From the sequence record NZ_CP031419.1: DNA of 64,000 bases. One strand, written 5' to 3'. The notes beneath the pieces were generated by a model. The model saw nothing but the letters and a program-made list of their open reading frames with translations. It was not told where the DNA came from and ran no database searches. The DNA comes from a plasmid. A program made the translations under genes and the position numbers. This document shows positions 20,296 through 29,704 of this stretch, piece by piece (the first letter of the stretch is position 1; the number at the start of each line of letters is the position of its first letter).

Positions 20296-20579
20296 TGGAA
20301 CGCCTGGATAATTCCGCCCGCGCCGCCGGTGATGACGACGCCCAGGATGACCATCGGCAGGTGCCCGAGGGCGTTCTTGGCGGTGTCGCTGCGCCCACGC
20401 AACCCGATGAACAGCATCCCCGCTACGGCGAGAAGCCCGCCGAAAGCCAGGGCGTAGCAAATGGTCTTGCCGTAGCCGAGGACGGTGTCGATGCGGTTGC
20501 CGAGCTCGCCCGGCAGTTCCCTGGCAGGAGGGTTGGGGACTTGGGCCAGCCAGTCGGCGGCCAGTAGGAGTGTGGACAT
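20292..20579 (-). CDS. small pilin-like membrane protein (paralog of 19849..20295 C-terminus)
   Basis: 95 aa with an AAGGAAAG RBS. Its C-terminal half aligns with that of the previous gene (GMLFIGLRGRSDTAKNALGHLP vs GVLMVGIRGRSEQAKKALHSLP). Confidence 0.4.
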   Translation of the reverse strand: MSTLLLAADWLAQVPNPPARELPGELGNRIDTVLGYGKTICYALAFGGLLAVAGMLFIGLRGRSDTAKNALGHLPMVILGVVITGGAGGIIQAFQ

Positions 20580-20602
20580 TGGCTTTCCTTTCTCGTGATC
20601 GG

Positions 20603-21160
20603 TTAGGACACCCGCATGACGGGGTGCTCGTCGTTGGGCTCCAGCTCGGAGTCGCTGTCGGCGGTCAGGGGTTCGCGCTCGATGAGAGCCAGCACCGCGG
20701 GGACCAGTTCCTCTCGGAACTTGCGGGCCGGTTCGGCCCAGCGGTAGGTCTTGCGATCGGCGTCGAACACGCCGGTGGCCAGCAGGTCCCACGGGTTGTC
20801 GCTCGCGGCGAGCGGCGAGAACCACGGCAGTCGAAGCACCGGGGTCGACAAGTTGGCCGCCGCCATCTTCAGCCGCCGCTCCACCACCGATGGCCACCGT
20901 GCTTCGCTGCCCGCGACCACGACCAGAACGGGACGCACGGGCATCCGCTGGGCGGTAGCGATCGCCCAGCTCACTGCGGCCGCGGTCGCGCGGGTCACCA
21001 GTACGTCGACGCACTGGCTTCCGTTGGCCTCGATGACACCCATATCGATGCCGTCGAGCAGATGCGCGACTGTCGTCGTGCCGACGCCACCGGCGATCCC
21101 GCCCACCACCGGACGCCGTGGGACCGCGCTCATCGCGAACCCACCTGAGACACGCGCCAT
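20603..21160 (-). CDS. hypothetical protein
   Basis: 185 aa ORF within the T4SS operon. Confidence 0.35.
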   Translation of the reverse strand: MARVSGGFAMSAVPRRPVVGGIAGGVGTTTVAHLLDGIDMGVIEANGSQCVDVLVTRATAAAVSWAIATAQRMPVRPVLVVVAGSEARWPSVVERRLKMAAANLSTPVLRLPWFSPLAASDNPWDLLATGVFDADRKTYRWAEPARKFREELVPAVLALIEREPLTADSDSELEPNDEHPVMRVS

Positions 21161-21783
21161 TCAGCGCCTACCTTGACCAGTGCGATGCCGACCACCAAGT
21201 GCCGGTCCGGCATCGGCCCGGTCGGAGTGTTCACCTTCTGGGTGACCTCGAGGAGCCGCACCGCTGAGGTTGCCGTGTCCGTGGGGGCGCCGGCCTCTAC
21301 GCCCGGACGAATCCCCTCGGCGGGGACGGTCAGGATGGCGGAGCGTGCCGTCAGATCCAGCCAGTCGGCACCGGGGCCTGCGATCGGCGGATAGTCGCGA
21401 AGCAGTTGGGTGAGTCGGGGCTCCAGCAACGGCACCGCGCGGAGCTTCGCGTCGTGTGGAGTCAGGTCCCGGGTGGTGTCCCACCCGTACCAGATTCGCG
21501 CCACTGCGGCCGCGACAGCGTCGGCGCTGGCCTCGTCGACCGGTCCGATCTCCGCCGGAAGGGTCGCCGGGGCGGGCAGCGGCGTCGATGGCGGTGTGGC
21601 GGGAACGCGAGAGGTCGTCTCGGTGGGCGTTACGAAGGAGGTTGTCGGCGAGGGTGGAGCAGTCTGCTCGTGGTCGGAGTCACCGGACGAGCACCCGGTG
21701 ACCACCAGCGCAGCGCTGGCCAGCACGGCAGCCGGTGCCGTCCAACGGAACTTTGGCGTCATTGTTTCTGGATTCCTACTCAT
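21130..21783 (-). CDS. lipoprotein
   Basis: Signal peptide with lipobox LVVTGCSSG, followed by a Pro/Thr-rich linker. Confidence 0.5.
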   Translation of the reverse strand: MSRNPETMTPKFRWTAPAAVLASAALVVTGCSSGDSDHEQTAPPSPTTSFVTPTETTSRVPATPPSTPLPAPATLPAEIGPVDEASADAVAAAVARIWYGWDTTRDLTPHDAKLRAVPLLEPRLTQLLRDYPPIAGPGADWLDLTARSAILTVPAEGIRPGVEAGAPTDTATSAVRLLEVTQKVNTPTGPMPDRHLVVGIALVKVGAEWRVSQVGSR

Positions 21784-22850
21784 CCGAACCGCCTAATTTC
21801 GATTCCCGATCCCAAATTCGACAAGGGCGAGATCTTCACTACGTCGCCCGATTGGGGGGCCTCAACCATTTTTCCGTCACCAATTGCAATTCCGACGTGC
21901 TGCGGGTCTCCGCCGCCTGGAAAAACGATGTCCCCCGGCTGTATATCGCCGAGTGCTACCTCTCGACCCCGAGGGTCATTGAGGATGCTTGTGGTGTAGT
22001 GGGGGAGCTGGATTGTTTTTCCGCTCGCTTGCCCGACTGCGTACACCACCAGTCCGGAGCAGTCGAACCCGACTTTCCCATAATCGCCGTGGGAGTCGGC
22101 AACGCCACCGTCTCGAATTCCCTGCGACGGGCCGTCGATGTTGCCGCCGCCCCAGGCGTAGGGGGTTCCTTGCCAGCACAACGCCGCAGCGGCGACATTC
22201 GCACCGAAACCACCCCCGGGGCGGAACTGGCTGCAATTGGCCACCCGCCCGCCGCCGGTGCCGATCTGGGTGTACTTGGCCATCTTGGCCTTGACTCCCG
22301 GGGCGTAACCCTCCGTTTCCCCGTTGACGATCTGAGGGCCGCCATTGGCCAATACGCAGCCGTAGCCACAGTTGTAAGCGTTGAGGACGATGTCGATCAG
22401 GTCACCCTTGATGCGCCCGCTGGCCAGGTCCTTCTTCGCCTGCTCGACGGTGGTGCAGTCGAACTTCGCCTGCGCCATGATGGCGTCCGGGGGGTCGAAC
22501 GGGGAGATCACGCCGTTGCCGTTGGCGTCGACGCCGTAGCTCGGCCAGGTATAGGGCATGAACTGACTGAGCCCTTGCGCACCGGCCGGGGAAACAGCGT
22601 TAGGATTCCAGCCTGATTCCTGCTCGATCTGCGCAGCGATGAGTGGGGCCGAGATTTCCTCGCACATGGTGCCGGCCCGGATGACCCACGCCTCGTATTC
22701 GGGCGGAACGGTTCCGGTCGCCAGTTTTCCCTGCGCGAAACTTGGGTTGTCTTTGTCTCCATCGACGAAAACCGCGACGATCAGCACCGGGAATAAGAGC
22801 AACGCCAAGGCGAGCGCTGCCCATTTCAATGATGATTTCATCGCGGTCAC
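21780..22850 (-). CDS. secreted cell-wall hydrolase: lytic transglycosylase (SLT) + NlpC/P60 peptidase
   Basis: SLT motif AQIEQESGWNPNAVSPAGAQGLSQFMPYTW. NlpC/P60 Cys and His in GFDCSGLVVYA ... HVGIAIGDG. Confidence 0.8.
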   Translation of the reverse strand: MTAMKSSLKWAALALALLLFPVLIVAVFVDGDKDNPSFAQGKLATGTVPPEYEAWVIRAGTMCEEISAPLIAAQIEQESGWNPNAVSPAGAQGLSQFMPYTWPSYGVDANGNGVISPFDPPDAIMAQAKFDCTTVEQAKKDLASGRIKGDLIDIVLNAYNCGYGCVLANGGPQIVNGETEGYAPGVKAKMAKYTQIGTGGGRVANCSQFRPGGGFGANVAAAALCWQGTPYAWGGGNIDGPSQGIRDGGVADSHGDYGKVGFDCSGLVVYAVGQASGKTIQLPHYTTSILNDPRGREVALGDIQPGDIVFPGGGDPQHVGIAIGDGKMVEAPQSGDVVKISPLSNLGSGIEIRRFG

Positions 22851-23009
22851 ACCTCCCCAGATGTGTGTATTGAATGCTCATATCCACCGTGGTTCGGTGG
22901 CGCTGTGTTTATCCGGCGGTGAGTTCTGAGAGAACTCTGTCGAGTGGCGACTGTTTTCCGCTGGTGCCCGGCACTCCCATACCGGGCGCCAGCGGAAAAG
23001 GTCACCGGA

Positions 23010-24320
23010 TTACAAACCGGCCTGAATTTTGGAGGTCAGCCATTTCACGATCCATTGAGTGGCCGTGTCGCCACTCTCGTTGACCTTGTAGTTACCGGCG
23101 TAGGATCGGTGCGCGTCCAGCAGCAGGTACGAGACCGCCTGCGATGCCTGCTGAATGAGCTCGTCGGGCTTGGTCAAGCTGACCAGCGCGTCGAACTCCG
23201 GCATGTTGATGACCTTGGAGACGTCATCGAGCATCGTGGAGGAGAACACCATCTCGGCCAGCGCGATCGGCAGGGTCTGCGGCGAGGTAGCCGCTGCCAC
23301 ACCGATTTTCGTGAACTCGGTGATCACCGACTTTGCAGCCTGCGCGATCACCTGCGGATCGGCCTCGGCGACGTTCTTCACCAGCTCGAGGCCCCGGCCG
23401 ATCAAGTAGTCGGGCAGATCCTCGGGCGTGAGGTTCAGCAGTGGGACAACCGCCGCGACGACCTTGGACTTGCCCGACAGCGAGCACACAGTGTCATTGG
23501 GCGCACACATTGTGGTCACCCGCTCGGCGAGCACACCCATTCCGCCCTCGCGCTCGCCGAGAACGCCTTCACCGCCGGGGTTGGAGCCGATCAAGGTCTC
23601 CGAGACCGAGGAGAGCTTCGTACTCGACGAGCCGGTTGAGGTGCCGGTGCTGCTGGCGGAGTCCGACTCTGCGGTGGCCGAGCGCTTCGGGTCCGACAGC
23701 AGGGCACCGGCCAGGATGCGCGACGGATCGACCGCTCCCTTGCGGTTGCCCACAGCCGACAGGAAATCTCCGGCGATCAGCGCGCCCTGCGAGTAGCCCA
23801 GGATGACGAACTTCGACAACGGGCACGCCTCGGCCAGTTCCTTGGCTCGGGTGTTCAGCGCCGACGCCCCGTTCTCGCGGGACTGGCTCAGCGTGAGCGG
23901 GTTTCCGGTGAACATGCCCGCGATCGGCCCGCCGACCTGAGCAACGTAAGGAACCTGCTCAGCGCGCACCGACGCCGTCGCGGGCTTCTGCGCGGTGGCA
24001 GAGGGGCGCGGGGTTGCCGCCGGGGTCGCCGCCGGGGTCGCCGCCGGAGTCGATCCCGACAGCGTCGGCGGAGCCGAATTCAATGCTGCGAGAAGCGGAC
24101 CCGTAACCTGTCCGAGCATTCCCGGCACGACGTTACGGTCCGCTCCCGCACTGGTCTCCCACGTCCCAGGGACGGCGAGGGTGATCACATCGGCGCAGTC
24201 CGTCACAGCAGGACTGGCGCCCGGATCGGCCGATGCGACCGACGGGGCGATGCAGGTCAGCGACGCCGCTATCACCAGCGAGCCGGCTACCCGCCCTCCG
24301 ATCATCGCGGCGGACATCAC
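23010..24320 (-). CDS. secreted cutinase-like serine esterase family protein
   Basis: Signal peptide and G-Y-S-Q-G-A nucleophile-elbow motif (ILGYSQGALIAGDF). C-terminal extension of unknown function. Confidence 0.5.
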   Translation of the reverse strand: MMSAAMIGGRVAGSLVIAASLTCIAPSVASADPGASPAVTDCADVITLAVPGTWETSAGADRNVVPGMLGQVTGPLLAALNSAPPTLSGSTPAATPAATPAATPRPSATAQKPATASVRAEQVPYVAQVGGPIAGMFTGNPLTLSQSRENGASALNTRAKELAEACPLSKFVILGYSQGALIAGDFLSAVGNRKGAVDPSRILAGALLSDPKRSATAESDSASSTGTSTGSSSTKLSSVSETLIGSNPGGEGVLGEREGGMGVLAERVTTMCAPNDTVCSLSGKSKVVAAVVPLLNLTPEDLPDYLIGRGLELVKNVAEADPQVIAQAAKSVITEFTKIGVAAATSPQTLPIALAEMVFSSTMLDDVSKVINMPEFDALVSLTKPDELIQQASQAVSYLLLDAHRSYAGNYKVNESGDTATQWIVKWLTSKIQAGL

Positions 24321-25801
24321 CGCACCAGCCCTTGCACTGCCGCCAACGCACCATTGGCCGCATCGGTCAGGGGGCCGAGCTGGTCAGGCGTGAACGCCGG
24401 CTGCTCGGTGACCGCCTCCACGACCGCATCGGCCACCGCAGCCGTCTCCGGTGCGGCCTGTGCGGCAGCCACGACATCCTGCGCGGTCTGCTCGACAACG
24501 CCGACAGCCTGAGTGACGACGGGCTCGCTCTGAGCCCACTGGTCGACCTGATCGACAACCGCGGCGGCCTGCTCGAGCACCTGCTCACCGCCGGGCTGCT
24601 CCTGAACCCAATCGACAGCCTGCTCACCGGCATCTACCGCAACGGCGGCTTGCTCGCTGAACTGGTCGGCCAAGGTCGGGCCGGGCGGGGGCACCTCGCG
24701 CTCCTCCATGGGAATCTCGCCGTCGGGGGCCGGACCGGTGTATTCGGAGCCGTCATCGGCGAGCAGCACGAACCCGACCAGGCCGCCGATCGCCCCGCCC
24801 GCGAGACCACCAGCGATCGCAGCCGGGATGCCGACGATCGCGGCACCGGCGGCCGCGCCGGCGGCGACGCCGATCGCGGTTCCGGCGACACCGCTGGTGA
24901 CAGTGCCGATCACGGGTACGGGGATGAGCGTGCCCATCGCGGCACCGGCGATGCCACCGATCGTGCCGCCGATCAAGCCACCGGCGATGCCGCCGAAGAC
25001 CGCGGCCGGAACGCCGATGACCGTGGCACCGATGCACGTTCCGGCTGCCGCGCCGATAACGGTGCCTCCGGCGAGCGCGTCAGCACGCGAGGGGGCGATT
25101 CCGACCGACTGCAACGCCGTGTTGGTGGCCTGCTGGGCTTCGCTGATGTAGGCGTTGGCCTTCCACGCCACATCGATCGGCACCCAGTCAGGCGTAGGGA
25201 TGGACGCTCGCTTCGAGCCGATTCTTTCCGGCCCGACCGGCACCCAGTACTTCGGCTTCTCGGGCACCGGGGCCGGGGCGTGCAGGGTCAGCAGTTCCTC
25301 GCCCAGGCTCGGCTCGGGCGCGGGGGCACGGTACGGCGGAGTCGGCTCGACGTAGTAGTAGGTCTGCGGAGCCGGGGTACTCGGGGCCGGAGTGTCGTAG
25401 TACGGACCGACCTGGACACCACCACTGGGCGGCGCCGTCTCGTACTCGCTGGGAGCGCGCGAGGGTGGGTCGGGCAGGATTACGCCCAACGGACTCTGGG
25501 ACTGTGGCTTGGGCGGGAGCACGGGAGCGGTCGACACCCCGGGCTGTTCCTGCGGTTCGGCCGGGCCGGTGATTCCCGGCTGCCCCGACGGGGCTGCCTG
25601 TGCCACACCGCAAGCAGTCATCAGGACCGCGGTTGCTACCGCTGGCGCGACCGCCACGCGGATGAGGTCGGTTCGGATTCCGGTGAAGCGGCGGTGAGCG
25701 GCCGATCGAGTTGTTCCGACACGCCGGGAGCCGCTGTAGGGGATCGGCGTTTCCGCCTTATCGCTGCACGCGCTTGCGGCAGCAGGACCTAGTGTTGTCA
25801 T
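24317..25801 (-). CDS. secreted Pro-rich and Gly-rich membrane protein
   Basis: Start at MTTLG with an AAGGAAGG RBS. Signal peptide, PxxP-rich region, Gly/Ala/Ile hydrophobic stretches, acidic C-terminus. Confidence 0.4.
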   Translation of the reverse strand: MTTLGPAAASACSDKAETPIPYSGSRRVGTTRSAAHRRFTGIRTDLIRVAVAPAVATAVLMTACGVAQAAPSGQPGITGPAEPQEQPGVSTAPVLPPKPQSQSPLGVILPDPPSRAPSEYETAPPSGGVQVGPYYDTPAPSTPAPQTYYYVEPTPPYRAPAPEPSLGEELLTLHAPAPVPEKPKYWVPVGPERIGSKRASIPTPDWVPIDVAWKANAYISEAQQATNTALQSVGIAPSRADALAGGTVIGAAAGTCIGATVIGVPAAVFGGIAGGLIGGTIGGIAGAAMGTLIPVPVIGTVTSGVAGTAIGVAAGAAAGAAIVGIPAAIAGGLAGGAIGGLVGFVLLADDGSEYTGPAPDGEIPMEEREVPPPGPTLADQFSEQAAVAVDAGEQAVDWVQEQPGGEQVLEQAAAVVDQVDQWAQSEPVVTQAVGVVEQTAQDVVAAAQAAPETAAVADAVVEAVTEQPAFTPDQLGPLTDAANGALAAVQGLVR

Positions 25802-26029
25802 TGCAGAGCCTTCCTTAAGTTTCTGCACCTGCTCCGGGGGCGGTTGCACCCGCGAATCCCGGAGTTCTCTGGGCCTTCCCCCCGTTGCACCGGGGGGAAG
25901 GTCCTTCACTTCGTGACGCTGATGGCCTCGGCTGTGGTTGCACCCACACCTTCGGCGTTCAGCGCCACACCCTCAGACGCTCTCTATCGCCCCACCTTCC
26001 TGGGATGATACGTTATTCCCATACGATAC

Positions 26030-26563
26030 TTGCATACGTTGCGAGACTTCTCTAGGGGGTGCGGCAAGGTGTTTCCTGATGGACCACCGGCCCCGGCGCG
26101 CGCAATGACGCGACGCATCACGCGCGGATTCGACCCCGTGGCGCTCAAGCGCGCCCGCGAGGAGCATCCGAACGAAGATCTCCGCCGCCGGGCCGAGGTC
26201 GCGCGGCTGGCGGGTGTGGGCGTCGCCACGATTCAGCAGTGGGAGGCTGGAAAGAAATCCCCCCAGGTCAATCTGCTGTTCCGTGTCGCTGCCGTACTCG
26301 GCGTTCCGATGGAGCAGCTCGTCCCGATTCCGCGTGAGCAGCGCTATCTGCGTGACTGGCGCGTCCTGCGCGGCATGCTGGAATCGGACCTGGCTGCCCG
26401 TACCGGAATCAGCGGTTCGTCGATAGGCCGCCTGGAAGAAGGCTCGGCCGCCCTCACCGACGAAAACGCCAACCGCCTCGCCGAAGCCTTGGGTATCACG
26501 GCTATCGAAGTGCGTGCCGCCTACGACCGGGCCCGCAACCGCGCCGTCGGCGCACCCGCTTGA
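26030..26563 (+). CDS. XRE-family transcriptional regulator with tandem HTH domains
   Basis: Two HTH_XRE-like segments (LRRRAEVARLAGVGVATIQQWEAG and LESDLAARTGISGSSIGRLEEG). The start may be the internal MTRR. Confidence 0.55.
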   Translation: MHTLRDFSRGCGKVFPDGPPAPARAMTRRITRGFDPVALKRAREEHPNEDLRRRAEVARLAGVGVATIQQWEAGKKSPQVNLLFRVAAVLGVPMEQLVPIPREQRYLRDWRVLRGMLESDLAARTGISGSSIGRLEEGSAALTDENANRLAEALGITAIEVRAAYDRARNRAVGAPA

Positions 26564-26824
26564 ATTCCTACCCCGCACCAGGCTCGGCCTGCTCGGCACC
26601 GTGAACCCCCTTGCTTCGGGCTCTGCCGGAACACTGGGCGGCTCCAGCAGGTGGGATCGTGCACTCCACTCCTGTTTCGTGAGATCACACACCCCCGGAG
26701 CGTACTTACTCCGCGTGCCGCCCGCAAGCGCTTATCACTACGAAATCACTAACATATTGCCCTTTTGGGTCGAAATTCGTTGGTGGGGGCTGACTTGTCG
26801 TGAACATCTGACTACACTCTTGCT

Positions 26825-27505
26825 ATGCCCTCCGGACATCCAGAGTTCTTCGGGGAAGTCGTCAAGGCTCGCCGTGAGTACCTCAGCCTCACCATGGCCG
26901 AGGTGCGCGCCGCCGGCGGTCCTGCGCAGACGACGATGGTCCGGACCGAGCGCGGAGAGCTAGACAACCCGCAGAAAAAAATCTTCGCGAAGTTCGATGA
27001 GGCGCTGCGCTGGGTGCCTGGATCCGCCGCGGCCGCCTACTGGAATGGGGAAGTGCCGGTTCCTCTCGAACCGGCACAGCCGCCGGCCCCGCCCTTGAGC
27101 CTGGCTGGTTCCGACGTCGAGGTTCCTCTCGACCAGGTCATCGCGTTGATGGAGTTACAGCGTGATCTCAACGCCGCCGCGGAGGCTCGCCGGGAATTGA
27201 GTGCCGACTCCGTCCAGGATCTCGCCACACGCCTCAACAGGGAGGTCAGCCTGATAGTTGGCCGCTGGGCCACCACTATGCTGGAACGTAACCGTGGCAC
27301 GGAAGCGGTGCATCCCGGGCTCGAAGTGATCTTCGCCGATGCACTGTCCACTCCGGTCGACCCCGGCACTCCGGACGCCGAAGAGCGTTTGTATCGGCGC
27401 TGGTTGCTCGGTGGCCGCTCGGCTGCTGGCCTCGGGGAGGAGCTACGCCAGAAGTTCGAGCAGCGCTATCGGCAGCGAGGAGGTGATCTGGATGCAGACC
27501 AATGA
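26825..27505 (+). CDS. hypothetical HTH-containing protein
   Basis: LSLTMAEVRAAGGPAQTTMVRTERGE is HTH-like. 226 aa. Confidence 0.4.
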   Translation: MPSGHPEFFGEVVKARREYLSLTMAEVRAAGGPAQTTMVRTERGELDNPQKKIFAKFDEALRWVPGSAAAAYWNGEVPVPLEPAQPPAPPLSLAGSDVEVPLDQVIALMELQRDLNAAAEARRELSADSVQDLATRLNREVSLIVGRWATTMLERNRGTEAVHPGLEVIFADALSTPVDPGTPDAEERLYRRWLLGGRSAAGLGEELRQKFEQRYRQRGGDLDADQ

Positions 27506-27962
27506 CGGCTCTTTACCGCCGCTCAGTGCGCGCGTGAGCCGGCTTTTCGCTACCTTCCACGCCCGCTCCGCACCCGAACAGTCCGTCGATGACGTTGCAC
27601 GGTCGGTCAGTGCGATGTTGGGCAGGATCGTCCCCGGCGCCGAGATCGCCGCGTTGCGGGCGGGCGAATACGACCGCGACTTCGCCGATCCTCAAATCCT
27701 TGCCGCTCTCGCGAAGCACTTCGGTGTCCCTCCGGCCTATCTGGCCGGAGCGGACGCCACCGCCGTGCGCCAGGTCGAAAAGGAGCTGCTGATGCTTGCA
27801 GCCACCCGCGATGCCGGCGTGCGGAGCCTGAACTTGCGCGGCAAGAAGATCGACATTGGCGAACTCGCCGACCACCTCAAACGACTGGCCAAACGGCGGT
27901 CCGACTCGCCGGATGAGGCGGCCACTCGCGACGTATCCGATACGTCTGACCTGGGGGAATAG
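27492..27962 (+). CDS. hypothetical protein
   Basis: Start MQTNDG overlaps the stop of the upstream gene (ATG..TGA), which suggests coupling. Confidence 0.35.
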   Translation: MQTNDGSLPPLSARVSRLFATFHARSAPEQSVDDVARSVSAMLGRIVPGAEIAALRAGEYDRDFADPQILAALAKHFGVPPAYLAGADATAVRQVEKELLMLAATRDAGVRSLNLRGKKIDIGELADHLKRLAKRRSDSPDEAATRDVSDTSDLGE

Positions 27963-27981
27963 ACTCGAGCGAAAGTAGGAG

Positions 27982-28518
27982 ATGACCGTGGTGAGAGGGG
28001 AGGGCGTGGTGAACAAAATGACCACGCGGTTCACAGAGCTGAGCAAACTCGTGCCGATCCCATACCCCTGGGATACGCGCGAATACATCGCGAGGGTAGC
28101 CGCATACCGCGGCCGGCCGATCGACTTGGTCCCCATCGCCCCGGGCGCTCTCTCCGGGACCGGCTGCGGAACCGGCAGCGGATTGTGGCTAGAACTCGAC
28201 GACTCCGACGTGATCATGTACGGCGCGGATACCGAGTGGCACGCCGACCACATCATCGCTCATGAGATCGGCCACATGCTTCTCGGCCACGGCAGTACCG
28301 AGGGGGAACCCGATCCCGTCGACGACCTTCCGCTCAACGAGCTCATGCCGTCGCTGTCACCCGATGCCATCCGCAACGTCCTGCGCCGACAGGACTACGA
28401 CAGCGCCCGGGAGCGTGACGCGGAGACCTTCGCCGACATGGTGATGGTCGAAGCGACTCTGCCCCAACGGAAACCGAGCCGGTTCCGGTCAACCTTCTTC
28501 CGAGCACGGCACCGATGA
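27982..28518 (+). CDS. ImmA/IrrE-like metallopeptidase (HExxH)
   Basis: HEIGHMLLGH zinc-binding motif, downstream of XRE-type genes. Confidence 0.5.
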   Translation: MTVVRGEGVVNKMTTRFTELSKLVPIPYPWDTREYIARVAAYRGRPIDLVPIAPGALSGTGCGTGSGLWLELDDSDVIMYGADTEWHADHIIAHEIGHMLLGHGSTEGEPDPVDDLPLNELMPSLSPDAIRNVLRRQDYDSARERDAETFADMVMVEATLPQRKPSRFRSTFFRARHR

Positions 28519-29696
28519 CCTCCCCGATCCCCGGCGTCGTGGCCTGGCCGGTGCTGGTCCTGTTCATCGCGGTCATCATCGGGCGCTGCTGGCTGCTGCG
28601 AGATGGCGCGGTGGACAAGCTCATCAACCGCGCGCTGGTCATTGCGCTCTTCGGACTGTTGCTGCGGGAAGCATGGTTCGAGCACATGCTGATCGCGATC
28701 CTGCCGTTCAACGATGCCGACGTCGTTCACTTCGCACGCCAGATTTCCTTCGGCTGCATCCTGTTCACCGTCTCGTGTATCTACGGCATCGCTCAACTTT
28801 GGGCAGGAGCCGACCCAGAACACACCTGGCAGCGGCAACGTCGCTACGACCTCGTCGCCCTGATATCGACCATCACCATCCTGATTGCTGGAACTCCCGC
28901 CCGGCGGGCAGACCAACTGATCGATCAAGCCCTGGGCTGGCCAGCGGTCATCGCCTGGGTTGCGTTCTATCTTCCGATCGCGGCCACCGCCCTGCTCGTT
29001 GGCCGAATCAGCATCCGCGAGTTGCGCGGCGCCGATCAGAACACCTCATGGCGAGAGCGCAGCGTATACCTCGGTGTCCTGGCCATCGCGATCGCAATCG
29101 GTGCGGACTCCGTCTTCGTCCCCGTCGTAACGGCCCTCGAAGTCGCAGCCGATCGCCCTTCGGCAGACCCCGACATGGAGGCGAAGGCTTGGACCTTCTT
29201 CGGCGCCACCGTCGCAGCAGGCGCCGTCGTAGCGGTACCGCTGATCGGCACGGTTCTGGCCCTTTCCGGGTGGGACCGCACAAGTCGCTACTGCCGCAGG
29301 CTGAAGCCGCTGTGGCGCGACCTCACCGCAGCCGTACCGGAGATCGTTCTCGCTCTGCCACAGGACCGATCCGGCCGAGTCGAGCCGGCCACCCGGCTGC
29401 ACCGGATGACGGTGGAGATCCGCGATAGCTTGCTCTACCTCAAACGCTACGGAGCCGTCGACGAAGCTGGACAAGGCGCCGACGCATACGCACGCCGCGT
29501 CGCCGCTGCTATCGCAGCCAAGAACGCTGGAGAAGCACCCCAGACCAGCCCTGCGCCTGCCGGGCGCCCTGCATTCGTCGGGGCCCGCGACCTCACCGCG
29601 GAGCTGCAACAGCTGCTCGACCTCGCCGCCGCCTGGCCCACCGCCAAGCGGCAGGCCGGCCGAACCGAGTCGCCGGACACGGCACTGACCCAGTAG
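28515..29696 (+). CDS. polytopic membrane protein (MAB_1171c/DUF6545-like putative transporter)
   Basis: About 6 TM helices then a soluble C-terminus. Commonly co-located with XRE/ImmA pairs in actinobacteria. Confidence 0.45.
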   Translation: MTSPIPGVVAWPVLVLFIAVIIGRCWLLRDGAVDKLINRALVIALFGLLLREAWFEHMLIAILPFNDADVVHFARQISFGCILFTVSCIYGIAQLWAGADPEHTWQRQRRYDLVALISTITILIAGTPARRADQLIDQALGWPAVIAWVAFYLPIAATALLVGRISIRELRGADQNTSWRERSVYLGVLAIAIAIGADSVFVPVVTALEVAADRPSADPDMEAKAWTFFGATVAAGAVVAVPLIGTVLALSGWDRTSRYCRRLKPLWRDLTAAVPEIVLALPQDRSGRVEPATRLHRMTVEIRDSLLYLKRYGAVDEAGQGADAYARRVAAAIAAKNAGEAPQTSPAPAGRPAFVGARDLTAELQQLLDLAAAWPTAKRQAGRTESPDTALTQ

Positions 29697-29704
29697 GAGT
29701 TCCA

